A stretch of 64,000 nucleotides of DNA, taken from Myxococcota bacterium (GTDB lineage: Bacteria > Myxococcota_A > UBA796 > CAJQPC01). The DNA lies in assembly GCA_036229005.1 (NCBI GenBank), contig JAZAMN010000006.1:1-64000 (forward strand), written 5' to 3'. Of this stretch, positions 27,442-36,970 are shown one piece after another. Both the position numbers and the translations under genes were made by a program. The stretch's first letter is position 1. Each line of letters begins with the position of its first letter. Below the pieces are notes generated by a model. The model saw only the letters and a program-made list of their open reading frames with translations. It was not told where the DNA came from and ran no database searches.

Positions 27442-28521
27442 CTACCCGAAGCGCTCGATGAGCAGCTCGGCGACCTCTTGGGCGGCCTCGGTGCGGCCCT
27501 GCTCCTTGGACGCGGTGGACATGGCCTCCAGGGCCATCTCGTTGCGCAGCAGCATGCCGATGCGCTCGATGGCGGTGGGGATGTCCAGGCCCTGCTCCAC
27601 GAACACCATGACGGCCCCCAGGTGCTCCAGCCCGCGGGCGTTCTGCTCCTGGTGGTTGTCGGTGACGTTGGGGGAGGGGATGAGCACCGCGGGCTTGCCC
27701 AGGGCGGTGAGCTCGGAGAGGGTGGAGCTGCCGGCGCGGGCCAGCACCAGGTCGGCGGCGGCGTAGGCCCGACCCATCCGGGTCTCGTAGTCCACCAGCG
27801 CGACGCCTTCGGGGATCTGGCCCAGGTCGGCCATGACCTCGGCGTGGTAGCGGGGGCCGGTGATCCACAGAAGCTGCCAGGGGCGGCCGGTCATGCGGGC
27901 GGAGGCCAGGGCCATGGCGTTGAGCGTCGCGGCCCCCAGCGAGCCACCGACCACCAGGAGCACGGGCTGGTCCTCGCGCAGGCCGTAGTGGGCGCGGGCC
28001 TGAGCGCGGTTGCCCTGGAGCACCTTGGGGTTGACGGGGCAGCCCACGGTGACCTTGTCGGCGGGGCCCCCGAGGCGCGGCCCGGAGGCCTCGTAGGTGA
28101 GCAGCGCCAGGTTGGCGACCTTGGCGCAGAGGCGGTTGGCGAGGCCTGGGGCCAGGTTGGCCTCGTGGATGACTCGGGGGACGCCCAGGGTCCAGGCGGC
28201 CAGCACGGTGGGCGCGGAGATGTAGCCGCCGACGCCCAGGACCAGGTCGGCGTCCAACTCCTTGAGCTTCTTGCGGGCGCGCAGGGTGGCCCCCAGCAGG
28301 GAGAAGGCAAAGCCCAGCTTGCCCTTGATGCCGCCGCGGGGGTAGCGGGGGGCGCTCAGGGGGTGGAAGTCGTAGCCGCGCTCGGGGGCGACCCGGGCCT
28401 CGAGCCTCTCGGGATCACCGATGTAGGAGACCTTGAGGCCGTGGCCCTTGAGGGCGTCGCCCATGGCCAGGGCGGGGTAGACATGTCCGCCGGTGCCACC
28501 ACCAGCCAGAATCACGTGCAT
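27442..28521 (-). CDS. murG: undecaprenyl-PP-MurNAc-pentapeptide GlcNAc transferase
   Basis: GGGTGGHVYPALA, GGYIS, HEAN, GGSLGA, RAGSST, HQEQNA. Confidence 0.96.
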   Translation of the reverse strand: MHVILAGGGTGGHVYPALAMGDALKGHGLKVSYIGDPERLEARVAPERGYDFHPLSAPRYPRGGIKGKLGFAFSLLGATLRARKKLKELDADLVLGVGGYISAPTVLAAWTLGVPRVIHEANLAPGLANRLCAKVANLALLTYEASGPRLGGPADKVTVGCPVNPKVLQGNRAQARAHYGLREDQPVLLVVGGSLGAATLNAMALASARMTGRPWQLLWITGPRYHAEVMADLGQIPEGVALVDYETRMGRAYAAADLVLARAGSSTLSELTALGKPAVLIPSPNVTDNHQEQNARGLEHLGAVMVFVEQGLDIPTAIERIGMLLRNEMALEAMSTASKEQGRTEAAQEVAELLIERFG

Positions 28522-28609
28522 CCGAGGTCCTTGCCCGCGCGGGCGGGGCTTTGCAGGTCAAGAGTCTTAGCACCCAGACCCGTCAAGGTCGATGCGTTAG
28601 GCGCCCTGG

Positions 28610-31024
28610 GTGTCCAAGCTGCGCTTCACTCCCCAGGCCGCAACCCGACTCCGCGAAGCCATCAAGGAGGCCGGAGGGGTCGAGGTCTTCGCGATCGGCG
28701 ATGTGGATCTCTTCGGGCGGGTCTCCCACCTGGAGATCCACTGTCGGGGCACCGAGGGGGCCGTCCCCGCCTTGATGGAGCGCCCGCGGGCGGGCCAGGT
28801 GGTCATCCACAACCACCCATCGGGCGTGCTGCGCCCCTCCGACGCCGACTTCCACCTGGCCAACCGCTATGGCGACGAGGGCGTCGGCGTCATCATCGTC
28901 GACAGCGACGTCAAGCGGGACAACTGGGTGGTGGAGCCGGCCCGGAAGCAGCGCGTCCCGGTGGATCGCGGGGCGCTCAGCCACTTCTTCGAGGTGTTGC
29001 TGCCCCGCTCGATGCCGGACGCCGAGACCCGCCAGTCGCAGCGCGAGATGGCCGAGGGCGTCGCGGACGCCCTGGACGGCGGAGAGCCCCTGGTGGTCGA
29101 GGCGGGGACCGGCACCGGCAAGTCGCTGGCCTATCTGGTGCCGGCGATCCTGTGGGCGCAGGCCAACGACTCCAAGGTCGCCGTCAGCACCTACACCCGC
29201 ACGCTCCAGGGGCAGCTCTGGGCCTCGGATCTCCCCTTGATTCGACGCGCCGGTCTCGAGTTCGAGGCGGCGCTGCTCAAGGGCCGCGGGAACTACCTGT
29301 GCCGGCGCAAGCTGGGGGCCGCCCTGGCCGAGCCCGGCGGTGATGAAGACGCCCTCCGGCGCCTGGCGGAGTGGGCGGAGACCGCCGAGGAGGGCTCCCA
29401 GCAGGATCTGGCCTTCGAGATCGAGGGCGAGCTCTGGGAGCGCGTGCAGTCCGACGCCGACCAGACCCTGCGTACCCGCTGCCCGCACTACAACGAGTGC
29501 TTCTACTACAAGGCCCGGCGCAAGGCCGCGGCGAGCCACCTGCTGGTGCTCAACCACGCGCTGCTGCTCTCGGATCTGCACATCAAGGGCAGCGCCGGCG
29601 GCGACGGCATCCTGCCCCGCTTCTCCCGGGTGCTCATCGACGAGGCCCACCACCTGCAGGACGCGGCCACGTCCGTCTCCTCAGCGCGCAGCACCGCCCT
29701 GGCCATCCGCCGCGCCGTCCAGCCCCTGCTGCCCCGCAAGAAGCGCGAGGGCGCCCTGGACCGCCTCGTGGGCCGCTTCGGGGACAAGATCGAGCAGACG
29801 GACGAGCTCATCGCCCGCGCCGAGCAGGCGTCCGTGGCGGCCTCCACCCTCCGGGACCAGGCGCAGCCCGCCCTGGACCACGCCGGCGCCCTCCTCCTCA
29901 AGGAACAGCCGCAGCGCCGCATCCAATACCGCGACCACCAGGGCGAGGACTGGCGCGCCGCCCGCGACGTCATCGAGGAGCTCGCCGCCGACACCCTGGA
30001 CCTGCACAACCGCCTGGGCTCGCTGCTCCAGCTCCTGGAGGACCACCCCATCCCCGTGGACCAGGCCCAGCCCGTGCTGGACGTCCAGCGAGCCTCCCGC
30101 CGCCTGGGGGAGCGCCACAAGGCCCTGCGCGCCTTCCTGGAGGACAACCAGGGCGAGGTCCGCTTCGTGGACCGGGATCGCCGCCAGCAGGTCGCCCTGT
30201 GCCAGGCCCCGGTGGATGTCTCGCCCATGCTCCAGGACATCCTGTGGTCCCGCATGGAGGGGGCCGCGTGTACCTCGGCGACCCTGGCGGTGCAGAGCAG
30301 CTTCGACCACTTCTTCGAGGCCAGCGGGGTGGGCCAGGCAACCACCCTGCAGCTCCCCAGCCCCTTCTCCTACCGAGACCAGGCCCTGCTCGCGCTCCCG
30401 CGGGACCTGCCCAAGCCGGGCCACTCCGACTACCTGCGGGTGGTGGGCCAGGCCGTGGTGGATTTTGTGCGAATCAGCGGGGGAGGGGCCTTCGTGCTCT
30501 GCACCAGCTACGCCGCCGTGCGGGCCTTCGGGGAGCGCTTGGAGCGGGAATTGGGCCGCCGCCACCCCATCCTGATGCAGGGCAAGCGCGGAAAGGAGAC
30601 CCTGCTGCGGCGCTTCCGTGAGAACCGCGGCGCCGTCCTGGTGGGCACCGACAGCTTCTGGGAGGGGGTGAGCGTCAAGGGCGATGATCTGCGCCTGGTC
30701 CTCATCCCCAGGCTGCCCTTCCGCGTCCCCACCGAGCCCATCGCCCAGGCCCGCCACGAGCGCGTGCTTGCCCAGGGGCGCGACCCTTTCCGCGTGCTCT
30801 CCCTGCCCCAGGCCGTGCTCAAGCTGCGCCAGGGCTTCGGGCGGCTGGTGCGCTCCAAGCGCGACCGCGGGGTCGTGGCCATCCTGGATCGCCGCATCCA
30901 CGAGATGTGGTACGGCCGCGTCTTCCTCCAGGCCCTCCCGGACGCCCGCCGGTTGGTCGGCCCCATGCGGATGGTCCTCCCGCAGGTCCAGGACTTCTAC
31001 CGCAGCCCCCAGCAACCAAGGTAG
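28610..31024 (+). CDS. DinG/YoaA-family helicase with N-terminal JAB/MPN domain
   Basis: HNHPSGVLRPSDAD JAMM motif; EAGTGTGKS, DEAHH, SATL, FWEGV, QGFGRLVR. Confidence 0.92.
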   Translation: MSKLRFTPQAATRLREAIKEAGGVEVFAIGDVDLFGRVSHLEIHCRGTEGAVPALMERPRAGQVVIHNHPSGVLRPSDADFHLANRYGDEGVGVIIVDSDVKRDNWVVEPARKQRVPVDRGALSHFFEVLLPRSMPDAETRQSQREMAEGVADALDGGEPLVVEAGTGTGKSLAYLVPAILWAQANDSKVAVSTYTRTLQGQLWASDLPLIRRAGLEFEAALLKGRGNYLCRRKLGAALAEPGGDEDALRRLAEWAETAEEGSQQDLAFEIEGELWERVQSDADQTLRTRCPHYNECFYYKARRKAAASHLLVLNHALLLSDLHIKGSAGGDGILPRFSRVLIDEAHHLQDAATSVSSARSTALAIRRAVQPLLPRKKREGALDRLVGRFGDKIEQTDELIARAEQASVAASTLRDQAQPALDHAGALLLKEQPQRRIQYRDHQGEDWRAARDVIEELAADTLDLHNRLGSLLQLLEDHPIPVDQAQPVLDVQRASRRLGERHKALRAFLEDNQGEVRFVDRDRRQQVALCQAPVDVSPMLQDILWSRMEGAACTSATLAVQSSFDHFFEASGVGQATTLQLPSPFSYRDQALLALPRDLPKPGHSDYLRVVGQAVVDFVRISGGGAFVLCTSYAAVRAFGERLERELGRRHPILMQGKRGKETLLRRFRENRGAVLVGTDSFWEGVSVKGDDLRLVLIPRLPFRVPTEPIAQARHERVLAQGRDPFRVLSLPQAVLKLRQGFGRLVRSKRDRGVVAILDRRIHEMWYGRVFLQALPDARRLVGPMRMVLPQVQDFYRSPQQPR

Positions 31025-31033
31025 ATTGCGCCC

Positions 31034-31486
31034 ATGAAGGACACCCCCCAAGAGCCCCCCGTCGACGACCACGACGCCCCCGAGCGCGGAGAGCGCGGCC
31101 GTCGCCCCAGGCCCAGCCTCCGGGGAGCCGCGCGCCGGCTGGTCGAGGAGACCAAGACCAAGGACCTGCTCCACGCCGTGCTGGACAGCTCCGACAAGGT
31201 CAAGACCGAGGCGGTGCGTCAGGTCGGCCGCGAGGTCCGCACCTACCTGGAGGGCCTCGGCCTGGACGATGCCGTCCTCTACCTGCTCACGAACTACTCC
31301 CTGGAGGTCAAGGCTTCCCTGAGCCTCAAGCCCATCGGGGACGCGCTCAAGGGGGAGATGGAGGAAGAGGAGGATCACTACCAGCGCCTGCGGCGCGAGC
31401 GGGAGGCCCAACGCCGGGACGCCTTGGCCCGCCGGGAGGAGCCGGAGCTTCCGCCCGCCAGCGAGGACACGCTGGACGAGGGGTGA
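31034..31486 (+). CDS. hypothetical charged helical protein
   Basis: 150-aa ORF 9 bp after the helicase, with genome-typical codon usage. Confidence 0.7.
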   Translation: MKDTPQEPPVDDHDAPERGERGRRPRPSLRGAARRLVEETKTKDLLHAVLDSSDKVKTEAVRQVGREVRTYLEGLGLDDAVLYLLTNYSLEVKASLSLKPIGDALKGEMEEEEDHYQRLRREREAQRRDALARREEPELPPASEDTLDEG

Positions 31487-31534
31487 TCCTTACAGGCCGC
31501 ACTCCCCACAGTCCGGGCAGACAAGGGGGAGGGG

Positions 31535-32011
31535 ATGGTCCCGTTCACAGCACTGATCCTCGGAGGGTGAGCTGCAGGACGCGAGCGCATCGTTCTGTTC
31601 GTGAACCAGGGCGTCGGGGGCGCCACGGTCGCGGGTGAACTCAAGACCACCGCGACTGGGCGGGTGGTCCACCTGGGCTTGGATGCAGAGCAGCGCTGGA
31701 TGGGGAGCCGACATCCCAGCAGTTCCACGCCTTCCAGCGCGTCCTGGGGACTCCAACGGCGCGGGCCTGGGAGTTCATGGAGGCAGAACTTGCGCGGGGA
31801 CGGGGCGGAGTCGGCCTACGAACAGGGGCAGGCCTTCCTGGACTGGGACAAGGAGTCGTGGGTCGACGCGCGCATCGACCTATCCGCCTACGGCGCCGGC
31901 CTGGAGGACGTGCGCACGGCCGCCAAGGCCCCGCGCTGCCTGGCCTTCGAGCAGGGGCAGACCGCGTTCTCAGCGATGCTGGAGGCCTTCGTCCAGGCGC
32001 ACCGGCTGTGA
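31535..32011 (+). pseudogene. putative lipoprotein interrupted by an in-frame TGA at codon 12
   Basis: Purine-rich RBS, ATG 31535, MVPFTALILGG, TGA 31568-31570, then AAGRERIVLF continuing in frame into ORF 31601..32011. Confidence 0.45.
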
Positions 32012-32016
32012 GCCGG

Positions 32017-32360
32017 GCGCTACGGGCTCTGAATGCACGCCTTGTCGGTGCTACGGGGCCTGAATGCGCGCATTCTCGGAGCTACGGGGTCTCAATGCCC
32101 GCCTTCTCGGAGCTACGGGGTCTCAATGCCCGCATTCTCGAAGCTACGAGGTCTCAATGCGCGTTTTTCGGGGGCCACGGGGTCCGAATGCGCGGCAGCG
32201 ACCCCAAACCCGCGCACTGAGGGGCCGTAGCTCGCCAAACCCCCGCACTGAGGGGCCGTAGCTCCCGTCGAGCGCGCACTCAGGCGCCGTAGCTCCCGTC
32301 GAGCGCGCACTCACCCCGCGTAGCTCCACCAGGGCGCGCACTCGCACGCCGTAGCTCTCC
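32017..32360. repeat. array of eleven 31-bp units, 6 forward plus 5 inverted, forming a large imperfect palindrome
   Basis: GCTACG at 32019, 32050, 32081, 32112, 32143 (GCCACG at 32174); CGTAGC at 32226, 32257, 32288, 32319, 32350. Confidence 0.92.
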
Positions 32361-32386
32361 CTCGGAGCGTGAGCCCCCACGCCCGC

Positions 32387-33748
32387 TCAGACCTTCGCCG
32401 CCTCCAGCTCCCCAATCCCCAGCCCAAGCTCCCCATCCACCCACGCAATGAGCGGAACGAGCTGCGGCCCCACCGGCGCCGCCGGCTCCAGCGCGCCCTC
32501 CAGCGGCCCCAGGCTCAGGTAGCTGCCCATCGGTCCGGGCCCCAGGCTCAGCTTCCAGTGGGCGTCGGCCTCTTCACACCAGGCGAATCCAGTGCCCACC
32601 TTTCGCAGCCAGCGGGTCTCGGTCTCCGTCCGGGTCTGGGGCAACAAAAGCCCCGCCCGCGCGGTCCGCGGCGCGTTCTCGCGCACCAGGGTCTGAAGCT
32701 CCCCGAGCCGGAAGTCCAGGTCCAGGCCCTCGACCGCCGCAAAGTGCAGCGCCGTGATGGGGATGTCCAGGCCGCCGAAGAGCGGGAACATCGCGGCGCC
32801 CACCCGCGGGTTCAGCTCGGTGGGCCAGAAGCCGTGGGCGCCCAGCACGCCGTCCACCGTGAAGGCCCCGCGGTAGCCCAGGGTCCGGGACAGGTGGCGC
32901 CCGACCCGCTGGACCACCTCGGTCATGGCCAGGGTGTCCTCGGCTGCGGGCTCCCAGCTCGTCGCGGTGGAGCAATAGACGAACTGGCCCGAAGGGCGGC
33001 GGAGGACCAGCATCTCGCAGGGGACGAAAGCCGCCACCTCCTCCCCCACGACGAAGCCGTGCATCGAACAGGGGATGCCCTCCAGGAAAGGCATCAGGCG
33101 CACCCGCTCGCAGTCCCGGGTGAACAGCGGGAGCTCCCGGTCCAGGTCCCCAGCGGATCGCAGCCAGCGCACATAGGCGGCCCCACCGTTGAACCCCGCC
33201 TTCATGTCCCCACTCAGCACCACGCCCTGCCCGCGGTCGAGGTCACTCCAGGCATCCAGGATGGCCTGCCGCTCCGGCGCGAGCACCCGACTGGGGGCGT
33301 GGGGGATGCCGGCCTTCTGCCAGAGCGCCTCCACCTGGGTCTTGTCCTCCAGCGCCTGCCAGGCCTGGGGCCGCGCGCCAAAGGTCGGTCTCCCAGCCAC
33401 CGGCTCGCCCGCCGAGAAGAAGGGGCGCCATGCCCGCGCCGAGAAGCCGGGGTCGAAGTGGTCCACCCGCGCCAGGGCCTTCTGGGGGAGGGCGTCCATG
33501 GCCCGCTCGGCCTGCCGGATGCCGGCCATCATCGAGTCCGCGGGGGGCAGGTCCAGGCAGATGTGCTGCTCGTCCGGGGGCGCGCCGGTGCCCATGGAGC
33601 CGCCCAGGATCAGGAACTCCGTCGCCCCCAGGGTGCGCAGCTCCCGGGCCACGCCGCCGCCGGCCACCACCACGTCCATCGCGATGAGCCAGGGCGTGCG
33701 GGAGATCTCCGGGACCAGGATGCGCTGCCAGTGGTTCAGCTCCGACAC
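32387..33748 (-). CDS. ATP-grasp fold protein
   Basis: ALEDK, MPFLEGIPCS, YRGAFTVDG, TELNPR; GTG start abuts the mlaD-like stop. Confidence 0.75.
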   Translation of the reverse strand: MSELNHWQRILVPEISRTPWLIAMDVVVAGGGVARELRTLGATEFLILGGSMGTGAPPDEQHICLDLPPADSMMAGIRQAERAMDALPQKALARVDHFDPGFSARAWRPFFSAGEPVAGRPTFGARPQAWQALEDKTQVEALWQKAGIPHAPSRVLAPERQAILDAWSDLDRGQGVVLSGDMKAGFNGGAAYVRWLRSAGDLDRELPLFTRDCERVRLMPFLEGIPCSMHGFVVGEEVAAFVPCEMLVLRRPSGQFVYCSTATSWEPAAEDTLAMTEVVQRVGRHLSRTLGYRGAFTVDGVLGAHGFWPTELNPRVGAAMFPLFGGLDIPITALHFAAVEGLDLDFRLGELQTLVRENAPRTARAGLLLPQTRTETETRWLRKVGTGFAWCEEADAHWKLSLGPGPMGSYLSLGPLEGALEPAAPVGPQLVPLIAWVDGELGLGIGELEAAKV

Positions 33749-34690
33749 TCAGTCCTCCCCGCGGCGCTCGATCAGCCGCACCTTGACGCCCTCTTCCCGC
33801 ATCAGCCGCTCGATCTCGGCGATGTCCAGGTCCTCGAAGTTCTCCAGCAGCCCGTCCAGCCGGGCGCTGCTGCCCTGGAGCTCCTCCAGCAGCGTGCGGG
33901 CCTCGGTCAGGGTGAGCTGGGCGTCTTCCGTGAGCTGGGGGAGCTCCGCGCTGGCGGTCTGCAGGTCCTCCACCATGGGCTCGGCCTTGTCCAGCAGCAG
34001 CTCGCCGCGGTCCACGAGCGCCTGCGCCTCCTCCATCGTGCTGCGCGCCTCCCGGCTGACCTGCCGCACCTCGGCCAGGGTCTGCCGCGACTCGGTGATC
34101 AGCTCGGGGGCCTGGGCGCTGGCCTCGTTCAGGTTGGCCAGGATGCCCTCCAGGTCTGCCCACATGCGCTGGGGGGCCTCGGGGTCCTCGCGCACGACCG
34201 CCACGATGGGGCCCAGGACCTCCTCGACCGCGTCGGGCTGCAGCTTCTCGCTCTCCTGTACGAAGGGCTTGAGCGCGGTCACCAGCTCATCGATCTCCAG
34301 CGAGCCCTTGGTGTCCGTGAGCACCGCGCCGGACTCCAGCAGGGGGGCGTCCCGCGACTGGGGCTGCAGCTCCACGTACTTCTCGCCCAGCACGCTACGC
34401 GCCCGCAGCACGACCACCACGTCCTCGCGGATGTCGGCGTCCCGCTCCAGCGCCAGGCCCACCACGGCCTTGTCGAAGTCCACGTCCAGGCTGCTCACCC
34501 GACCGACCTCGACCCCGGCCACGCGCACGCTCGCGCCCACCTGCAGCCCCGCGCTGTCCTCGAACACCGCGTCCACCTGCACCGGGTCGCCCAGGCCCCG
34601 CAGCGCGCCCACCTTGAAGGCCATGAACGCCAGCATCGCCGCAGCGCCGATGAGCAGCAGGCCGACGCCGATCTCGTGTTTGCGCGCCAT
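33749..34690 (-). CDS. mlaD: MlaD/MCE family protein
   Basis: N-terminal TM helix; GLQVGASVRVAGVEVGRV, SVLGEKYVEL; helical C-terminal extension. Confidence 0.88.
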   Translation of the reverse strand: MARKHEIGVGLLLIGAAAMLAFMAFKVGALRGLGDPVQVDAVFEDSAGLQVGASVRVAGVEVGRVSSLDVDFDKAVVGLALERDADIREDVVVVLRARSVLGEKYVELQPQSRDAPLLESGAVLTDTKGSLEIDELVTALKPFVQESEKLQPDAVEEVLGPIVAVVREDPEAPQRMWADLEGILANLNEASAQAPELITESRQTLAEVRQVSREARSTMEEAQALVDRGELLLDKAEPMVEDLQTASAELPQLTEDAQLTLTEARTLLEELQGSSARLDGLLENFEDLDIAEIERLMREEGVKVRLIERRGED

Positions 34691-34695
34691 GTCGC

Positions 34696-35475
34696 TCAGA
34701 GCTCCGGGGGGGAGGGGAGGAGGAAGTGACCGTCGGGGTCCCGGCGCAGGCTCCGGGAGAGGAAGGCCCGCACCAGGGGACTCTCGTCCTGGATGAACGC
34801 GGGGGTTGGACCATAGGCGATCAGCCCGCCGTCGTGCAGCATGCCCACCTGGTCCGCCGTGCGCATCACCCCCAGGATGTCGTGGGAGATGATCACAAAG
34901 GTCATGCCCAGCTCCCCCTTGAGTCGCAGGATCAGCTTGTCGATCGCGTCGGAGGTCACCGGGTCCAGCCCCGAGTTGGGCTCGTCGAAGAGCAGGACCT
35001 CGGGCCGGTGCACGATCGCCCGCGCCAGGCCCACCCGCTTCCGCTCGCCTCCGGAGAGGTCGGTCACGGAGCGCTCTGCGCTGGCTGGGGCCAACTCCAC
35101 CTGCTCCAGAGCCCTCGCAACCCGCTGACGGATCTCGGTCTCGGCGAGGTCACCGTGATGATGACGCAGGGGGAACGCGACGTTCTCGCCCACGCTCAGG
35201 GACTGGAAGAGCGCGCCGTCCTGGAAGAGCATCCCGAAGCGCTTGCGCGTCTGCAGCAGGGTGGCCTCGCTGGCGCGCCCCATGTCCACACCGAAGCAGC
35301 GGACGCTCCCCCGGTCTGGACGGTGCAGCCCGACCAAGTGCTTGAGCAGTACGCTCTTTCCCGTCCCTGAGGGCCCGATCAGGGCCGTGCACGCCCCCAT
35401 CGGGATGTCCAGGCTCACGCCGCGGAGCACGTGGGCGCTGCCAAAGGACTTGTGGACATCGCGGAGCTCGATCAC
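34696..35475 (-). CDS. mlaF: MlaF-type ABC transporter ATP-binding protein
   Basis: GPSGTGKS, FQDGALF, LSGGERKRVGLARA, DEPNSGLDP. Confidence 0.9.
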   Translation of the reverse strand: MIELRDVHKSFGSAHVLRGVSLDIPMGACTALIGPSGTGKSVLLKHLVGLHRPDRGSVRCFGVDMGRASEATLLQTRKRFGMLFQDGALFQSLSVGENVAFPLRHHHGDLAETEIRQRVARALEQVELAPASAERSVTDLSGGERKRVGLARAIVHRPEVLLFDEPNSGLDPVTSDAIDKLILRLKGELGMTFVIISHDILGVMRTADQVGMLHDGGLIAYGPTPAFIQDESPLVRAFLSRSLRRDPDGHFLLPSPPEL

Positions 35476-36212
35476 CCGTACACCGCCTGGGAGATGAGGA
35501 AGTTCAAGAGGTTGCAGCCCACCGCGGAGAGCACCACTGCGCGGTTGGTGGACTCCCCCACGCCGTCGGGGCCGGGGTCGCTGTAGAAGCCGTTGTAGGT
35601 GCTGACCAGGCTGATCACCGCGCCGAAGAGGGTGCCCTTGAACACCCCCAGGAGCAGGTCGCGGGGGCTGACCACGGACTCGGCGAACTCGATGAAGGTG
35701 GAGGGGTTCAGGTCGAGCTGGAAGGTGGCCACGGCCCAGGCGGCGGTGAAGATCACCGCGGAGGTCAGGATGGTGACCGCGGGCATGGCCAGGATGATCC
35801 CCAGAAAGCGGGGCGTGACCAGGTACCAGTGGGGCTGGACGCCCATGACCTCCAGCGCGTCGATCTCCTCACGGGTACGCATGATGGCGATCTCGGAGGC
35901 CATCTGGGTGCCCGACTTGGCGGCGACCATGCTGCCCGCGATGATGGGGGCGAACTCGCGCACCCCGGTGAGCCCCACAAAGAGCCCCACCATGCGCTGG
36001 CCGCCGATGGGCGTGAACGCGGCGTGCCCCTGGACAGCCAGGTTGGTCCCGACGAAGGCGGCGATGACGATCAGCAGCGGCAGGGCAGCGACGCCCACCT
36101 CCCAGGCCTCGACCATCGCGCGCCGGAGGGGAGGGGGGTGCGTCAGCGAGGCCCGGGTGAAGCGCCCCAGGAAGATGCCGAAGCGGCCCACAGCAGCGAT
36201 CGCGCGCATCAC
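35472..36212 (-). CDS. mlaE: MlaE family permease
   Basis: REFAP, EEIDALEVMGV, GVGESTNRAVV. Confidence 0.9.
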   Translation of the reverse strand: MMRAIAAVGRFGIFLGRFTRASLTHPPPLRRAMVEAWEVGVAALPLLIVIAAFVGTNLAVQGHAAFTPIGGQRMVGLFVGLTGVREFAPIIAGSMVAAKSGTQMASEIAIMRTREEIDALEVMGVQPHWYLVTPRFLGIILAMPAVTILTSAVIFTAAWAVATFQLDLNPSTFIEFAESVVSPRDLLLGVFKGTLFGAVISLVSTYNGFYSDPGPDGVGESTNRAVVLSAVGCNLLNFLISQAVYG

Positions 36213-36970
36213 GACACCGCCCCGAAGAAGGCCGTGGACAGGAAGTAGTTGGCGACGATGAAGGCGGTGACGGTGTGCACCACGGTGTCGTTGACGGCGC
36301 GCCCGACCCCCACGGCGTCCGGGCGGGCGTGGGTCCCGTGCCAGGCGGCCAGGGCGCCGATGATGATGCCGAACACGGTGGACTTGACCAGCCCGGAGAC
36401 GATGTCGATGGGGGCCGTGAAGGCCCAGAGCTCGTTGACCAGGACGCCGGCCTGCTCGTGGCGGAAGACCACCGCGGTGACCAGGCCGCCGGTGATCCCG
36501 GCGATGACCCCGACCAGGTGGAGCAGGGGAGCGGCCAGGGCCAGCCCGGCGGCGCGAGGGAGCACGTGCAGAGCCATGGGGTCCACGCCCATCACGGCCG
36601 TGGCGTCCAGCTCCTCGCGGGAGTTCATCGAGGCGAGCTGCGCGGCGACGGCCGAGCCCCCCTGAGCGGCCACCAGGACGGAGGCCAGCACGGGGCTGAG
36701 CTCCCGGAGCACCGACGCGGAGACCAGCGCGGCCAGCAGGCGGTGGGCGCCGAAGAGATCAAAGACCTCCAGGCCCTGCAGGGCGATGACCATGCCCAGC
36801 GCCATCACGACAGCGGCCACGACCCAGACGCAGCGGGAGAAGGTCCAGGCCAGGTGCTCGATGGTCCGGCGGAGGTACCAGGGCCCCCGCAGCAGGCGCA
36901 GAGCCAGCTTGCCGGCGAAGATGCCGAAACGGCCGACCTTGACCACGGGGCTGAGCAGGGCGGTGAGCAC
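36209..36970 (-). CDS. mlaE: MlaE family permease (second copy)
   Basis: RELSPVL, EELDATAVMGVDP, GVGRAVNDTVV. Confidence 0.88.
   Translation of the reverse strand: MLTALLSPVVKVGRFGIFAGKLALRLLRGPWYLRRTIEHLAWTFSRCVWVVAAVVMALGMVIALQGLEVFDLFGAHRLLAALVSASVLRELSPVLASVLVAAQGGSAVAAQLASMNSREELDATAVMGVDPMALHVLPRAAGLALAAPLLHLVGVIAGITGGLVTAVVFRHEQAGVLVNELWAFTAPIDIVSGLVKSTVFGIIIGALAAWHGTHARPDAVGVGRAVNDTVVHTVTAFIVANYFLSTAFFGAVS

Noticed and set aside
32017..32360. CRISPR array (DinG nearby, suggesting type IV)
   Set aside because: The units are contiguous 31-mers with no unique spacers, half are inverted, and no cas genes occur in the window
32033..32380. Short ORFs across the 31-bp repeat
   Set aside because: The same peptide motifs rotate through all frames because the period is not a multiple of 3; artefacts
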